A DNA stretch of 64,000 nucleotides from a virus. The position numbers were made by a program, and so were the translations under genes. The notes below the pieces were generated by a model that ran no database searches, was not told the DNA's origin, and worked only from the letters and a program-made list of their open reading frames with translations. Below are positions 62,189 to 64,000 of the stretch, one piece after another. Positions within the stretch are counted from its first letter, which is position 1. Each line of letters starts with the position of its first letter. The stretch is from IMG/VR virus record IMGVR_UViG_3300050343_000216, positions 11,300-75,299 of that record; one strand, 5' to 3'.

Positions 62189-62645
62189 TTTGGATCACAC
62201 TGTAATTTGTTCCGCTCACCGTCAGGCTACTCTGCCGAACGGTGATCTTGATCTAGCTCACTGGATCGAAAACAGCACTCCCGAATTGGTGGCGCGTGAT
62301 TCACTGCTACCCCTCGCGGAGCATTGGAAAATTCAACGTGAGCGAGGCGCTGAGATTTTGGTTTGCACTGCTCGCGTTATGGGTGACGCGGATTATCAAT
62401 ATCTTGCGGATCACGGTTTGATTTGGGACGGTATGCTCTCCCGCGCTGAGGGTGACCAATCCTCGGACTGCACTCTAAAAGAGCGAGCATTGAGAAACTA
62501 TGCCGCGTCAGCGGGTATTTCGTGGAGGCGTTTTTGCATGTTTAGCGTCATGCTGGACGATAACAAAAACGTCATAAATCACTTGACTGCTCGCGGTTTG
62601 CGGGTGTATGATTCACTAGAACTAAACGCGAGGGCGGTAGCATGA
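62172..62645 (+). CDS. HAD-family phosphatase (PNKP-like)
   Basis: IYDLDHTV (DxD), CTAR, LK, LDDN motifs. Confidence 0.8.
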   Translation: MRFIYDLDHTVICSAHRQATLPNGDLDLAHWIENSTPELVARDSLLPLAEHWKIQRERGAEILVCTARVMGDADYQYLADHGLIWDGMLSRAEGDQSSDCTLKERALRNYAASAGISWRRFCMFSVMLDDNKNVINHLTARGLRVYDSLELNARAVA

Positions 62646-63346
62646 AAAACAAAACGATTATGGTTCTCGACACTGAAACCGTTGGGCTTGAGGGTCACGT
62701 TTACGATGTGGGCTACTGCATCACAAACAAGCGTGGCGACATTCTCGCGGAGCGCAATTGGTTGGTAGAGGAAAACTTTACCAATGCCAAGCGCATGATG
62801 GGCGCTTTTTATGCTGGCAAGCATTTCACCCACTACGCTCGGATGCTTCAGGATGGCGACATTCGCCTGACTCCGTGGGCTGAGATTGTCGAAACACTGC
62901 GCGATGATGCCGCGCAATGCGATGTTGTCGCGGCTTACAATGCGGGTTTTGATTTCCGCGTGTTGCGTCAGACTCACGCCGACCTTGGCGGCACTGCCCC
63001 GATTCTATCCAATCCGGTTGATGTTCTCGACATTTGGCAATTTGCTTGCGAGACAAAACTGCAACAAAAAAACTATGCCAGCATTGCCCGCTCACTCGGT
63101 TGGGTTTCACCCGCTGGCAACATCAAAACCGGAGCGGAATTTGCATACCGCTACTGTTCTGGTGATCCTGCATTTATTGAGGATCACACCGCGCTGTCCG
63201 ATGCTCGCATTGAGGTTGCGATTCTCGCGGAGTGTTTTCGACAGAAAAAGCGTGTGCCTTACGGCATTATCAACGGGTCACCTTGGCGGCTCGTCAACAA
63301 AAACGCGGGCGAGGACGCCCACATTCACGGGAGCAAGGTAGCATGA
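62642..63346 (+). CDS. DEDDh 3'-5' exonuclease
   Basis: VLDTET, AYNAGFD, HTALSDA. Confidence 0.88.
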   Translation: MKNKTIMVLDTETVGLEGHVYDVGYCITNKRGDILAERNWLVEENFTNAKRMMGAFYAGKHFTHYARMLQDGDIRLTPWAEIVETLRDDAAQCDVVAAYNAGFDFRVLRQTHADLGGTAPILSNPVDVLDIWQFACETKLQQKNYASIARSLGWVSPAGNIKTGAEFAYRYCSGDPAFIEDHTALSDARIEVAILAECFRQKKRVPYGIINGSPWRLVNKNAGEDAHIHGSKVA

Positions 63347-63450
63347 CACCACTAGAAAAAACGCGCTTGACCTGCGAGGTTATTCGGACTATCTGTCCGA
63401 TCCTCGCTGTGGTTTTACAGCTCATTTTAATCAACGCGATGCTGGCCTAA
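63343..63450 (+). CDS. 35 aa hydrophobic peptide
   Basis: ATGA coupling; MTPLEKTRLTCEVIRTICPILAVVLQLILINAMLA. Confidence 0.5.
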   Translation: MTPLEKTRLTCEVIRTICPILAVVLQLILINAMLA

Positions 63451-63479
63451 TGGGAGCCATTCTCATTTGGGCCAGGAAA

Positions 63480-63495
63480 TGTTCCACATGGAACA
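63480..63495. promoter_or_regulatory. parS-like palindrome
   Basis: TGTTCCACATGGAACA, one mismatch to TGTTCCACGTGGAACA. Confidence 0.6.
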
Positions 63496-63537
63496 CTCGC
63501 CAAAAAACCCGCCAAAATGGCTTGACATGGCAATTTT

Positions 63538-63670
63538 GGCGCGGGGGCGCCAGTAGTAAGTCAACGACTATTTTCGGCAATAGTGCAAATAAAGTAAGTC
63601 GGAAGAGCTACCTAAACACCTAGTCTTTGTGAGAAATTCGGCGCGGGTGCGCCAGTAGTAGTTCGACGAC
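63538..63670. repeat. two 31 bp imperfect direct repeats with GC hairpins
   Basis: GGCGCGGGGGCGCCAGTAGTAAGTCAACGAC (63538-63568) and GGCGCGGGTGCGCCAGTAGTAGTTCGACGAC (63640-63670). Confidence 0.85.
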
Positions 63671-63755
63671 GATCTAATTTGCAGGTACGTGCCCCGAGAG
63701 AGACGAATTGCCGTGGTTACTCAAGTCTTTGGTAGACCCCGTGCCCAACCCTGGT

Positions 63756-63785
63756 ATTATATCATAACCCAGGCGGGGTTGTCAA
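63756..63785 (-). promoter_or_regulatory. leftward consensus promoter 1
   Basis: TTGACA-18 bp-TATAAT. Confidence 0.8.
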
Positions 63786-63843
63786 GCACTTTTATAACCT
63801 TTCCCGCAATTAAGGCCGACTTGTCATACCCTGGACCGCGCCG

Positions 63844-63873
63844 ATTATAGCACACCCGCTACGGGGTTGTCAA
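63844..63873 (-). promoter_or_regulatory. leftward consensus promoter 2 (duplicate of promoter 1)
   Basis: TTGACA-18 bp-TATAAT; shares CTTGACAACCCCG with promoter 1. Confidence 0.8.
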
Positions 63874-64000
63874 GTACTTTTAAAGCAATTCGTGCATATT
63901 GTTTGCAAGCGTAGTCTATGCTAACATAATAGTAGTAAATTTACGATAATTTTGGTAGATTGGGGAAAATAATTCTTGACACGCTGAGGTCGTGTGCGGC

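Noticed and set aside
63538-63670. CRISPR mini-array
   Set aside because: Only two imperfect repeats with a 71 bp gap and no cas genes

Overview
About 64 kb of a lytic T5-like siphovirus genome (Demerecviridae-type gene order, probably marine with a proteobacterial host; both are inferences). 1-13.9 kb (+): replication and nucleotide metabolism (helicase end, primase, family A DNA polymerase, PhoH, T5 D10-D15 homologues, class Ia ribonucleotide reductase). Many of these genes are broken by indels or deletions that look like assembly or consensus errors. 13.9-56.4 kb (-): virion genes, including two separate fibre clusters sharing peptide modules, a lambda-like M-L-K-I-J tail tip, tape measure, a -1 frameshift tail chaperone, tail tube, capsid, protease, portal, HNH nuclease, terminase subunits and a block of tiny very basic proteins. 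56.4-61.3 kb (-): a cytosine MTase-like gene, a separately promoted operon of mostly exported or membrane proteins, and an outer-membrane beta-barrel gene. The operon contains a chaperone-usher-type pilin-like subunit next to a PapD-like single Ig domain but no usher; it is the best candidate for an undescribed system (a phage-encoded pilus or surface structure). From about 61.3 kb the sequence becomes visibly more GC-rich and looks like the pre-early terminal-repeat region: an A2-like gene, a HAD phosphatase and a DEDDh exonuclease, bracketed by Fur-box-like palindromes and followed by a near-perfect parS site, GC-hairpin direct repeats and tandem promoters with no ORF. Family assignments come from motif recognition by eye, not from database searches.
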